Positions 12,263 to 25,742 of a stretch of DNA of 64,000 nucleotides are shown one piece after another. The stretch is from the NCBI RefSeq assembly GCF_018977255.1, contig NW_024704742.1:35218001-35282000 (forward strand), read 5' to 3'. The notes beneath the pieces were generated by a model, which saw only the letters and a program-made list of their open reading frames with translations, did no database searches and was not told where the DNA came from. Every line of letters starts with the position of its first letter. Within the stretch, counting starts at the first letter, position 1. The position numbers and the translations under genes are program-made. The stretch is from Callorhinchus milii. Lineage: Eukaryota.

Positions 12263-12757
12263 GGCAACTTGGCTCAGTTGGTCGCACCTCTGAGTCAGAA
12301 GAATGTAGGTTCAAGTCCTGCATTGAACTTTGAGCTTAGGGTCTTTACTTACACTCCAGTGCAGGGCTGGGAGAGTGTTGGATTGCTGGAGCTTGCTGCT
12401 CTTTTGCATGCGATGCAAAACAGAGTTCCTGGCTGCCCTGTTCAAGGGGATGTTAAAGATCCCATGGCACTATGTGAGAAGAGTTTCTCCTGGCCAACAA
12501 TTCCCCAAATAATATTGGTCATTGACTCCGTGCCTATTTTGGGACATTGCTATCATGTCACCCACAAAATAGATACAGTCCCATTACTTTACAGTATATC
12601 CTGTGATATAATGGCTGTTTTTAGGATATTGCTGCGTACAAATTGGCTGCTGGATTCACCTGCAAAATATATAGCTATTACACTTTAAGTAAAGCACTTT
12701 GAGATATTGATGACATGATAAGACACTTTAGCAAATGCAAGGATTTTTATTATTATT
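12263..12757 (+). mobile_element. Deu-domain SINE, diverged
   Basis: ttggctcagttggtcgcacctctgagtcagaag head, aaagatcccatggcactat Deu motif, aaatgcaaggatt tail. Confidence 0.8.
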
Positions 12758-15700
12758 TGCAATTTGCTATTTGATGTAATTGTCTTGGAAGAGTGGCCCA
12801 ATTAATATTCCTTCTGTACTCTTGCTAAAATAAGCAAAGTATGGATTGTACTTAGTGGGAAACTATTACAATGCTTTTGAAACAGCACCAAAAATATAAT
12901 TTAAAATGTATTCCATGTGCATTTTAGTAGATTATATTGTTCCATATGTTAATATTTCTAGTTTGACATCTTTGTAATTTCAACTAGAAGGATAGTTTTC
13001 CATCCTGCTTTAAACTAAAATTAACAAGATTAGTTTGTACAACAGTGGTTCTGTATCGTGAATTATGTGGACCATGACTCCGTGTTTGGTATCCAGCCAA
13101 AATATATAGATTGGACCTAATTTGTGATGCTTTATTATTAAAGAATCCCATTATGGTTCCCGTCAACTGATAGGAATTTTGCTTCAGATGTAGATCGCGT
13201 TGGTGCCGAGTTCCTGCTAATTGGTGTGATGTATTTTCAGTTACCGTGAGTGCCCATTGATACCACTCAGATTCCTTATTGAAGAATCCTATTAAGAAAT
13301 ACTGCGAATCATTTAGGTGGTTATTAAATGAAGGCCATTCCTGTATATATGGTTACCAAATATATGTGGTACTACATGTATACAGTTACTTTACGTAGAT
13401 GATTACTAAATATACGTGGATACTACTGTATCTAGGTGGCTACAAAATGTTAGTATCCACTTATCTACACAAAGATGGGTAGTAAGTGGTTACTACATAG
13501 ATAGATGGTCTCTCTTCAGGTGATGTTGAAGACAGGTTTCAATGTTCAAATATTCACTAATATATTCCCAAATCAAAATGCAAGCATTAATATTATTGTA
13601 TTGAAGAAAAAAATGATCATGGTTAGATAGTGTTTAGATCAGGAGCAGAGCATTAAACAGTGACCACAAAAACAAAGTCTTAGAAGTAGCTGATGTGTTA
13701 TTTTGTAGAAAGCTACATTTGTGACAGAATGACACATGATGACGATTAAAAGTGAATTTTTCTACATTTTCTGGATTATTCTATCTTGTTTTCTGCAAGC
13801 ATTCCTTGAAATATTCAGAGCTTTTCTATAACCTTTCATAAAACATCATCATCTTTATGGACTGTATCATATTGTGCAGTAATGTGTTTTATTGTCCACA
13901 GAATAAGCTTTTCTTAAAGATAATTGGAAACCCTGCAAACTGCTGCTATCTGGTGATTTTAAATACATTATTTCTGAAATGTGGCTGGTGTAATGATCCT
14001 GCCTGTTTAAGATTTATTTTGCTGGAGAAAATTGATCCATTTCACCTTTGTCTAATGGAAAATTTTATCTGGTATTATCTGTTTATGTAAATGAATGCTG
14101 CTCTGAAGAGAATACTAGATAGTGTCGTAAATCTCTACATTGTAGGCACCCTCTGATCCCAGGACTGTATCTTGTTTGAACTGTAAGCACAACTGCGTCT
14201 AAAATAAACTGGTAGCATTTTAAAAACTGGCTCCTCATTTTTTTCCCCCTCTTATGCTGTGCATCCTGGGATACATCACCCAGATGGTATAAGTCTGTTT
14301 TTGCTGCACTAAATAAATTATAGGAAAGAAATGGCCTGACAGTTGTCGAGCTGCCTAACATTCAGCGCTTTCTTTTCTGTCAGGTGGTGATATACACAGA
14401 AAGCTGTGCTCTGGTCTTTTTCTATCCTGATGGCTGAGCATCTTCCTGCCGGTAATTTGTTGCTAATCAGCTGTCAGTTGAGAGCGATGATGAGATGATC
14501 ATCTCTCACCCAGGGTAATGGCCTTAAAAGTCACAGAGTCAATGTCAATGGGATAGCTCCAATTCAATCAGTGACTAGAATGAGGGATGGCACCTGCTGA
14601 CATTACCAGTCATTTTGAGCTCAAGCATCTGGGTCCTAGTAAATAACCATCAGTGGGTGGGTCTGGAGGACAGATCATTAGTCCAGTAAAAAATAAATAT
14701 CTCCCTGTTGATGGCTGCGAGTAATGTAGCTCAGAATAGGAAATTTCACCCTAGATTAAGTATGATGATCCAATATCAGTCAAAGGAAGCAAACATGGAG
14801 AGCTTGATGAGATTGAGTGAAATTTGCATTCAGCTTGGTAAATGAAGGAGATATTTAACACTACAGTGAAGCATACAGATTCAGTGAACAATGCAGATTG
14901 CTTTAAGAAGCAGGAAAGTGGATAGAGAGCACAATGCTTTGACATCTAAAGTGACCACTTCACTTATGTTGGTCTCCACAGGCAAGAATTAAAAATAATT
15001 CTAAATCAAACTCACACATTATTGCCATATCCTTAAGAGTTCAGGACATTTATTGTGATCTATATCACAGAATGTAGTAATGCATAATAATTATCAGGAA
15101 TGGACATGTTGCTACCTACTGTAATTGGTGTACCACATGTTGCATTGACCTTCTTATGTGAGGCTGTTAAGAGCAACCTGGCCTTAACTTCTTGTTGAAA
15201 CCAGGCAAGAAAGCACAAATCTATCATCCATATAGCAACATACAACTGCAAGCTTAGGTTGGATTAAAAGCACATAGGTTCGACCAGAGCACAACATACA
15301 TTCTGGTGCTAATGGACAAAATTATTGACGTCATATAGCTTTAAATGATAACACAAAATGCCATATGTCTTTTCATGCATGATGGGGCACGTAATTTCAA
15401 ACAGGAACAGTGTATCATGTAAACACGTGCAACTCTGTTTTCATTATCTGGTGATCAGCTTTTTTGGAAATTATTTGTTTCCTCCTTCAGGTCTCATCCT
15501 ATGGTACAGATAAGCAGCATTATGGATTGTGGATTCCTTCAACACTCATTTGAATTCCAGTCATGACTTAGCTGGTAGGAACAGAGGCATACGTCCAAAT
15601 AAAGATAACAGGCAGTGACTTGGTTCCTTCCTTCCCCTTCGCAACTCGCTGTTCCTCAGCTTCTGGCAGGTGGCTGAGAACTGATTAAACTCTTTATACA

Positions 15701-17014
15701 GACAGGCAGACAGGCTGGAGCGCAGGCTGCTGGCAGGAATCCAGCCCATGACTACAGATGTGTGCTCAGCAACAATTCCATTTTCATCAGGTCACTAAAG
15801 TTGGAATGTTGCTGTGGGTCTGGGAATAAAAACTACCCAAGGTATTTGAAAATCCTGAGAGCTCAATAATTGGAGTCAAACTCACACTAAAATGAAAGAA
15901 ATGAAGTCAATATCCAATAAGAGCAAATAGGCACAGGACGTGATGTGTCCTTTTCTCTTAAATGTCCATGCAGCAACAACAATTTACACCTATACAGTGC
16001 CTTTCATGTCAGGAGGACGTCTCGAAGCACTTCAGGCAGCTGACTCGGAGTGTGGGTTGGGGATGGGGGAAATCGCGCAAAGCCTGGTTCAAAAGATACC
16101 ACTGTGTGCAATTGGCTGTCACGATTCACCCACAAAATACACAGTCAATTCACTTTACAGTATAAGCGATTTGAGACATCTTGAAGTCATGATAAGGCAC
16201 TATATGAAAATGCAAGTATTGTTTTAGTACTATAAATCTTAAGGCGGGTTTTGAAGCTGAGGAGAGAGGGGACAAGGCTAAGAACAGTAGTACAATGTTT
16301 ATAGAGCTCTAAGACTCTGGTTTAATTCTAGGGCCTTTTATTAGTGAACTATTACATATAAAAAATAATATATGGCTATAACATTTATTCAGAAAATTCA
16401 CTCAGCTAATTCATATCATAAGACATATTTTCTGACCTCCAGGTATGTTGTTGTTTCTGAGTGAAGATAACTGTGTCTGGGATTTAGCTACAATTTCAAT
16501 ATTTTAAGCATTCTTTTAATGTCTTACAATTGTGGATCATCCAAGGCAGCAAATTCTGATGCACACAGATACACATTCACACACAAGTACACAGACTTAT
16601 TCTCATAGATGGAAAACCTCAGCAACCTCAGCAGCGACACACCACACAGTCCTGCAGGAGTGCAGGCATCTGGGCTCGCAATCAATGTCTTACAACACCT
16701 ATCAGAAGCATTTAGCCTCATAATTCCCCCTGTGATATACCAATGCCTTGGCCATCACCATCAAAATTGCACCCAATTTGAACCTAAAAGGACACTTTGT
16801 CTTAAAAGTTAAGATCCGTAGAATTGTGTGAAATCCTTTAATTCGGTCTTAATTTGGAAGCCAGTACTTTTTAAGAAACTTGAGGTGGAGGAACTCTAGG
16901 ATGGGCTTCCAGAGAATGGGGGCCGATTGGCTGAAAGCTCGCTCACCAATGGAAGGGTAGACTGGGTAGCGACATGCCCTCTATTACAGCAGACAAACAG
17001 GAAGCAGTTTGACA

Positions 17015-17580
17015 GGATGTCCTACAAAGAGCCATGAAGTGAATGATCATCTTTATCTGTGAGGACACTTTAATGTCTACTTGAATCGACAGACAGGATT
17101 TCAGTTCAATGTCTTTTCTGAAGGACAGCACCTCAAACAATGCAATTTTCCTCCAGCCTATATTAAAGTACGTGCCTAGAATATGAGCTCAAAGTCCTGA
17201 TTTGAGCTTGAACTCACAACCTTCTGATTCAGAAGTCAAAGAGCTACAAAATCTAATCTGACCCTCCAAGGCTGGGGCAGTACTGCATTGTCAGAGGTGC
17301 TGAGCTTCACATGGGACATTAAACCAAGGTCCTGTCTGCCTGTTTAGGTGGACAATAAAGATCCCATTGCATTATTCAAAAACATAAGGGAATGCATCTC
17401 AGTGTCCTAGCCAACATTTCCAGATAAAATTGAGCATCCATTTCATGACTGTTTGTGGTCTATTCCTGTGTGCAGATTGGCTGCTATAGAATCTCTACAC
17501 TTAAAAGCAATTCTCTGTGATTTCAATGTTTCAACATGACAATGCGTTGTGTCAAATGCAAAGAGTATTATTATTATTGT
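17015..17580. mobile_element. Divergent inverted pair of Deu-domain SINEs (~17015-17245 minus; ~17270-17580 plus)
   Basis: gaaggacagcacctcaaacaatgca on the left mirrors tgcattgtcagaggtgctg on the right; the right copy ends in the attattatt tail. Confidence 0.75.
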
Positions 17581-20500
17581 GCAGGAGATGTATTCATGTG
17601 ATTAAGGATGATGAATTAGTCAAATTAAATGTAATGGCTGAATTCTAATGATGGGAAATCTTGATACATCAACAAAAGACTGTCACCAGAGATATACTAT
17701 ATCACAGAGCTGTGTATTTCATCTCAATATTGAATTAACTGCTGTTTTAACATTAAGCGCTCTGAGACGCTACCCTGTGTGAAAAGTACTATATAAATGG
17801 AAGTTGATGCTATTGTAATGTTGTACCGCAGTGATATGGCTTTAGGTCACTTCTATTTTGCTAAAGTCTGCTTCAGAGTTTGATAACCTTGTATATACGG
17901 AGCATAGAAAGATGGCAGAGCCAGTTTTATAACTGTATCAATATAAATCCTCCAACATTAGTCCAAGAAAGATTTGTAAGTGCACTGAATGCGACAAAGT
18001 CTAAAGTTTTTGGTACATCTAATTAACAAGCTGAAAATATATTAAGATTCCTGGTTAGTGAAGTTATAAGGGACATGTGGACGAGTGCATTTCATATAGT
18101 CACCTGGCACGTATAGAAATACTGCAATTGCTGCAAACTTAAAAAAAAAACACTGCACTGCAGTACAGGTAGCAATGGCACAGACTCTAAGGGCTGAATG
18201 ACCTCCTTTTGTGCTGAAACATTTTGTTTCAATGCATATCATCTACAATCAGACAGAATGATTGAACACTGAAACAGAATCTTCAGTACAACGCTGTTTA
18301 AATATTAGCCTAATAGTTTGTGATGTTCATTAACCAGAGATGCTCAACCAAACATTCATTTATGTATAGGATATAGACTTTTTAATGCACAGAAGAAGCA
18401 AGAGAACCAACACACATTGCATTTGGATGTACTGTCAGCAGCTTACAGGAACATATGTAGAGTATATGTAGGAAGCATTACAGAAAGCATATTCTCTGCA
18501 ATGATACAATACAAATTTACATTAATATAGTGACTTTATGTCTGGAGGATGTCTCGAGGCATTTGGAAAAAGACAAAGTGGATTTGTGATAGAAACTCCA
18601 ACAGGAAATTCAAGACAAAGTTGCTAACTTTTATATTTTACTTCCAGATAGTCCTGCCTGATGCTACAAATCAGTCAACAGAAAATGGTTGTTTTCTGGT
18701 GGTGTCAGCATGGCTCATTTAGTAGCACTCTTGCCTTGGAGTTAGAAGGTCATGGGTTCTAAGCCTCTATACTGGGACTGAAATGCAAACCTGTAATTTA
18801 CTAGATTGAACTGAAATAATCTCAGTCCAAATTTCCTGTGTCAGGCGATAGCAAATCAGAAAATATTATGCCAGTTGTAGGTAAATAATTACTACTGTTC
18901 AATCTGTTTTTCTTCAGAAAGGTTTACTGGTGAATTGAATTTTGGTTAGGTTTGTATTTCTAGGTAACATTTGCGATTCATCAGGACCAATGAGAGGCTA
19001 AGAACTGAAACCTTATGACTATTGTGCCTTGAACATGCAACAGTCCATTACAATCCCCCACAAATGAAATACTTGCACCATTGTGGGTGTTTTTTTGGTC
19101 AGCTGGGTGTCTGACACATGCGATGACCCATCACCATGCTTAAGCTTGAGATTTCCATGCATCCCACTACACATGGAAATCTCAGAGATAGATTGTTGAA
19201 ATGGAATGTGCATTCTCTCCCTGGAGGGACACATCCTGTTTACCTAATTCCGGAAACTATTGGGCGTAGCTTGGGGACCCCAGAGTGTGCATTGGGGTAA
19301 CTGCTGGAGTCTAACCAGCTAACACTGCACGGCTTACCATTGATATTGCTGTCTAGTAAGCTTTCCCGCTGCTTATCCAGCTAGGACCAGCCTACCCATT
19401 GGGGCTTTAGCTTGCAGGGTTAACAAGAGCTGAGTATTATATCTGCATATATAAGATCAGTGTTCAGAAAACTGTGTGAAATAGATCATTGAGGAGCTCT
19501 ATGATTTTTCCAATTCATTGCAGAAAATATGATTTGAGGTGTGAGACGATATAAAATTGTCATCATTGTTTAAAGTTCAAGGTCAATTTAAGCTTAAGCT
19601 CTGAACAAAAGGATTTCATATGCATATTCACAATCTTGGTTCTCTGATGAAAAGCATTCACAGTGACTTTGAACAGTGGTATTTCAGTTCTCATATATTA
19701 ATTTGTATTTCAGCAAGGTGTTTGAGCTTTGCTTTGGATTTCCATTTCATTTGTTATGTCCTTGCCTGCATGGTTAGAATTAGGTAAACCTTTGGGCTCA
19801 TCCAAGTGAATAAATCCTCCACTATCCTCCTGATTATGTATAAAACCTATTTATTGGAGTTTTTTCCATAGATTGTTTAATCAGAAATCTTACTTCAGTA
19901 TAAGAAATCCTAAGTTTTAGCTTTAACATATTTAATTTCCTTTTGTAATGTATTAATCTGTTCTGTTCGCTTCGATATTTTGTATTTTTAAGGCAAATTC
20001 CTTTGTAGCTTTTAAAATGCGTACATGTTCTATCATATACCATCTGTAAAAATGATTTCCTTTGGAACTTCTAAAGCTTAATACACACTGAGCAGAGTAA
20101 CATTTTTTATCCTCAATCCTTACAAAACAAGCAAAAATGCCCTGAAACAGATTGTCATTTCTTATTTTTGTGTTAACAATGTTTTCTTTCAACATTATTT
20201 TATTGTTTTTCTTTGTTGTAATCAGATTGGAATTCATATTCTTGGATTTTTAGAATTAAAATACCATTTGTTCTGTTTTTTTGATCTCATTTAAACACTG
20301 TTCAAATCTTTTTCTGAGATTTGCTAAAATGTTATATCCCATTCATGTGCTTTGTCAATACATACTTCAATAAATCTTCAATAACGCTCATCAATTCCAG
20401 AAAATGAACACCTATTGAGAGAACAAAACATTTTTCAATTGAGATTTTTCTTAATTTTCATAACATTGTTGTTATTTTTGACAATAAGGTCAAAAGTACC

Positions 20501-21582
20501 AACACAACGTCATCTCTGTGTGTTAAAGGTTTGAGTTATGGAGCTTGGCCAATGTTAGCTAAACATATTCAGAAACATTTGTGATCCAGGGTTATATGAT
20601 GTATAGATAAGATTATTATGGAGTCAGTGGGCGATTATATTACTGCTGCAACATACTGTATATAGGTCACAGGACAAAGCTAGCCTCTGTTGAGAAGCAG
20701 GTGTAGCTATCTTCCAGATATTGTTCCAGAGACAACAAGATCGGAAAAGAGAGATAACTTGGATGGATTAGAGATGGTCAAGAATGTATGGCACATTCCA
20801 GGAACAGAGAGGAGAAGATCAAAGAGGCAAGCAAGCAGGCTTAGAAGATACTGGGAACAGACAACGAGGAGTTCCAAGAATACGGGCATATTGGGATCAA
20901 GCATATGGGATAGAGAAAGACATTGAATCAGTTTCAGAGATATGGGCCGGAACTGGAACGCACACTGTCAGTATCAAAATATGTTGAGAACAAATACTAC
21001 ACTTTTTTGTGAAGTAACACGCTTTCGGTTTCAATACTTGTGTTGTAAACCCAGGAGTTTCAGGGTATTTATTCTTTCCATAACTTGATCCAGCTCCCAG
21101 AGGTGGTTTTATTCTGCATGAATCTTGAAGGCAAAATGCTTCAGGACTCCAGGTGATTTTATAAGGTTGTTCTTTGGAGGAAACGTTGAACTGAGATCTT
21201 GGCTGCTGTCCTTAGGTCATTGGCACTCTGGAACTCTGAAACACTCTTCCTCTATCGCTTCGTTTTGCCCTTTCCTTCCACATTTTCAGGTCGCGGCTGA
21301 AGATCCTCTCATTTGACTGTGCCTATGGTGAGTTTATAACCAAATCTCTGAAATCCACAGGTCCATTATGAGGTGAGAACTGATTCTCGTTTGTTTAGTT
21401 ATCTGATTATATGTTTCCTTCTGGATATTCCACTCTATTATACAGGGATGCAGAGGCAGAGAGAACAGGTAGCATAGCTATGAATCCGAGGGATTATCCA
21501 AAGCCTGGTGTATCTGTGGCTAATCACCTACCTGAATTATACAATATAGAATGACAGTGACATGTAGCATTTCTGTAACCAC

Positions 21583-21906
21583 TTAATAATAATAATAATA
21601 ATAATAATCCTTGCATTTGATATAGCGCTTTTCAAGTCTTCTAGATGTCTCAAAGTGCTTCACAAAATATACTGTAAAGTGAATTGACTGTATATTCGTG
21701 GGCAAAACACGGCAGCCAATTGCGCACAGCAGTGTCTCACAAACAGTGGTGGATTGAAAATGACCAATTTATTATTTTTTTTTGGAGGGATTATTATTAG
21801 GCGTGTGAAGTAAGGAAACTTGCACAAGGTTTCGCCCTGCCTGGAATTGAACCCAGGTGTCTCGCTTGCAAGGCAAGTGCTCTAACCACTGAGCTATAGG
21901 ACTCCA
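21583..21906 (-). mobile_element. Young tRNA-headed SINE, full length, TSD acttaa
   Basis: Same consensus as 6515-6838; cc|acttaa on both flanks. Confidence 0.92.
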
Positions 21907-21949
21907 CTTAAGGTGCACAATTAGAATAGTCCCCATACTCTAGTGAAAA

Positions 21950-22070
21950 GGGAATAGAGAAGTATGGCGGGACATAGAAAGAGAGAAGAGATTAGGATGA
22001 ATGGAGACTCATGCGGAGTATAAACACTGGCAATGGACTAGTTGTGCCAAAAAGTCCTGTTTCATCAGTA
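21950..22070 (+). mobile_element. CR1 3' UTR fragment
   Basis: ggagactcatgcggagtataaacactggcaatggactagttgtgccaaaaagtcctgtttc resembles the CR1 tail at 8920-8990. Confidence 0.6.
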
Positions 22071-22174
22071 CAATCTATCTAAATCCCCAATATAGGAACC
22101 ATGATTCAATAATTGAAATTCAAAAGTCACACTGAAACTGCTTGCAGGGCACAGCGATGATGATGATAAGACTG

Positions 22175-22690
22175 TAATAATAATAATAAACGATATTCCT
22201 TGCATCTGATACAGTGCCTTATCATGTCACTAAGATGTCTCAAATCGCTTCGCAGGATATATTGTAAAATGGTCTGACTGGTGAATTTTGTGGGCAAATG
22301 TGGCTGCCAATTTCTCCACAGCATTGCCCCACAAACAGCCATAGAGTGAGTGACCAATTATATTTGGGAGATTGTTGGCCAGGACACTGGGGAAAGCTCC
22401 TTACTCTGTTTAAATAGTGACATGTGATTGTATACTGGACAGGCAGATGGGAACTTGGTTTAGCATCTCACCCCGATGATGAAACCTCCAACAATGCAGC
22501 ACATGCATTGGGGTATCAGCATAGATTATATAAGTCCCAATTTGAGGCTTGAACCCACAACCTTCTAATTCACAGGTAAGAGTACTACCAATTGAGCCAG
22601 GAGAAATTCCCTCCTCTTTTCAAATAGTGCCATGGTATCTTCCTGAAGAGAGAAACAGGACCTTTGTTTAACATTTCATCCAAAGGATGG
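22175..22690 (-). mobile_element. Deu-domain SINE (22175-22601) plus an adjacent partial Deu fragment (22602-22690)
   Basis: Tail, aaatagtgacatg / aaatagtgccatgg Deu motifs and a ttgaacccacaaccttct..ttgagccagg head. Confidence 0.8.
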
Positions 22691-23729
22691 ATAAAAGCAT
22701 CCTAATGGGTTTCCAAGGTATTCCTTGTGTTATTTTCACACAATCTATCATCTTAAAGCATTCACAGTTACACAAAATCTATTGACAAAATCCCAAAGCA
22801 GTGATATTTGGCAAATTATGATATTTGAATCTCTGCAGATGATAAAAATCAGTAAAAAGATTATTTTCATTCTAACCACATTTTCATAATGATTCCAGAG
22901 TTGATGGAACCCAAAGTTTATCTTAACATCATTTATATAAGTCTATTGAGGTAAGCCCCATGATATCACCTCTGATGCCTACACTGTGCTGGATTGGATA
23001 GCTTTTCATTACCAAATTTGCAGAAGATGTTTAGTGTGAATGATCCGCAATTTATTGTTGCTGTCTGAACTCTGCTGAAGCGGTCGTGCTGTTTGAGCAT
23101 TATCTATAAATCATTTTCCTGGTCTCACTAGGTTCAGTAAGCGTTTCTTCTAGTTTAGATAGTGGGTCCACACTGTGGACAAATTGTGGACAAATGTTGC
23201 AAGTCTAAATAGATATTTCACCTTTGTTTTGCTTGGTATATTTCTGTCATTTCCTCTTAAAGAAACCTGACACAGATCAATACATTTCATGGGAAGTAAT
23301 AATCAGGCCTATTAAGTGACAAAGGTTTATTCTGTAACAGCTGTGCTGGTGGGATAGGAGAGCTTGTCTGACTAATGAATCGTGAAACAATCAGGCAATA
23401 GCCATTTGTGTTTAGATCTGTAAATATGGTCTGGTTCAAGTGCCAGACCATCGCTGGCACTCCAGCTGGGGGCACAGATGGTCTGCATTCAAAGCTGCAG
23501 AAGAACAGTTCCAGTCGACACCATTGAAAACTAACAACTTTTATCTTCTCAGCCTCCTTTGACAAGGTGGGATAAAATAACGGAAAGGAGCAAATAGAAA
23601 TGGCTTTCCTGAAGGATAGTGACATGCTGGTCGTTAAAAAGATTCAGTAACACTGATTCTTAAAATCCGTAAATACTCGGTAAGTGTTTTGTGCTGAAAA
23701 ATCAGTGAGTTCCTGCACACAAAGAATTA

Positions 23730-23955
23730 GAAGCGAGTTTCTCCTGGTGTCCTGGCCAAGGATTTCCCAAAACTAAAATTAGTGATTTATTTCATGGCTG
23801 TTTATGGGACATGGTTGTGCACAAATTGGCTGCTGCATTTGCTTACAAAACACTCAGTCACTACACTTTATAATGTAGTGAGTGAAGAACTTTGAAACGT
23901 CCTCCCGACATGATGCAAAAGGCGTTCTATTAGATGCAAGTATTATTATTATTAT
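23730..23955 (+). mobile_element. Deu-domain SINE 3' half
   Basis: gagtttctcctggtgtcctggccaa..aaattggctgctgc..atgcaagtattattatt. Confidence 0.75.
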
Positions 23956-25369
23956 AACTGTTAAGGATTGATCTAGAGTAGTAACAATTATAAACATGTA
24001 TCAGAATGACTTATCCAATTGATAAATTATAAAATCTTCAAAGCAATTTGAGGGAAGCCTTATGGAATCCTGAAAACAAATTGTAATGGGCTCTGATTGA
24101 TGCTTAAGTGCTTGGAGACACTCCTCCACATGAAGGGTGCTTATTTTTGTAAATTTAAAGTACATTAAAGTTTTTATAAAGATACCCTAAAATCGTGAAT
24201 CAATAATAGTAGCATTCTGAACTATGTCATGTTTCCTACTGGATATATCAAGGAGACATTTTAAGGCATAGTCAAGATGATGCAAACACCAATATCAGTA
24301 TGTAAGAGGCAGTTCATGGCATCTCTGACAAAACTGTAAACAGGAAATATCTACAATATTTCATAACAGAATCAATATGTTAATTATCTCAAACATACTC
24401 TCATCTCAAAGTGCTGTTATAATATGATATATGTTATAATAAGCGCAAATATGATCATGTAAAGCCCCATAGCCACTGTTCAGGCAGACGGTACAGAGGC
24501 TGTGACAATACTATTAGTTGTTTAGCCCTTTTAAAATTGTATTTCTATGTACAGGGTGCCCCATTAAATGTGACCATAAACATTTGACACCTTTATTAGC
24601 CTATTATAGTAAACTATTGATAACTCGACCCTGGCTTAACTTGTCAGTACCACTCGAGTCATCATTCTTGTCAATATCCCGGCCACATTTATTTGTGTAT
24701 TTATACATTTGCTTAACTCATCACTCTGAATACCTCATCATGAACTCTTTTCCCTTGGAGTGAAGAGATATCGTCTGTTAACTGTTATTATTATTAGAGA
24801 GTGCACCTTATAAGCCTCCCCCGTTGAGTGTTCAATTGCAACCTCCACTTTGGTCTTTTATTGGAAATACATTCTGTGATATCTAGAAACACGATTTTTA
24901 ATAGGCCAAATTCACCCAATAGTTTTGTTGCAGCCTCAATAGTGCCTGGCTGAACAATAACTATGGAACCCTACAGAATGAAATGATTTGCAATCATATT
25001 GTAGTTCAATTTGGAGGTGAGAACATTTCAGTGATTACAGTTAGACTTTGGACTAATGCTTGATAAAGCCATAATTCAAGCAATGGACCTCCTGCATACA
25101 AATGTAACATGGACACAGAGTAATGATCCACAGAGATAAAGGAATAAGTACTGCAGCCACAGGAATATTATAGCACCTTGAGAGAGAAATCTGGGTTGCT
25201 GCTGATGTAACATTATACGGATTAGGAGAAGTCCTCTCAGCTTGGTGTCATGAACAAATGTAATTGCACTGAATTTGTAAATGCAGGTCATTAATATATT
25301 GGAAACAGGAGGAGACCCAGCAGGAGACTCCAGTGATACCTCAAGACTACTTAAGCATCTAAATGGAAA

Positions 25370-25742
25370 ATCTTAGCATTTGATAAAGCACCTTTCATGG
25401 CGAGAGGAAGTAGGCAAGCTCAGAAGTCAATCTATGTACAGCAATGTCACACAAGTAGCCATGAAGTAATGACCAATTTTATCTGTGAGATTTTTGGTCG
25501 GGACACCTGGAGAAGTTCCCTTCTCTTGTTTGAATAGTGCCATAGGATCTTCAAAGTTTACCTGAATGGGCTGTAGGGACCTCAGTTTAATGTCTCATCT
25601 GAAGGATAACACTTCCAACAAAGCCCATTCCCAGTACTGTAATGGAGTGTCAATCTCTAGGCTATAAAATCAAAGTCACAACATGGGACTTGAATCCACA
25701 ACCTTCAGAGGCAAGAGTGCTACCAACTAAACCAGGCTAACA
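25370..25742 (-). mobile_element. Deu-domain SINE
   Basis: aatagtgccataggatctt, gtttaatgtctcatctgaagga, and a gagtgctaccaactaaaccaggct head. Confidence 0.8.
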
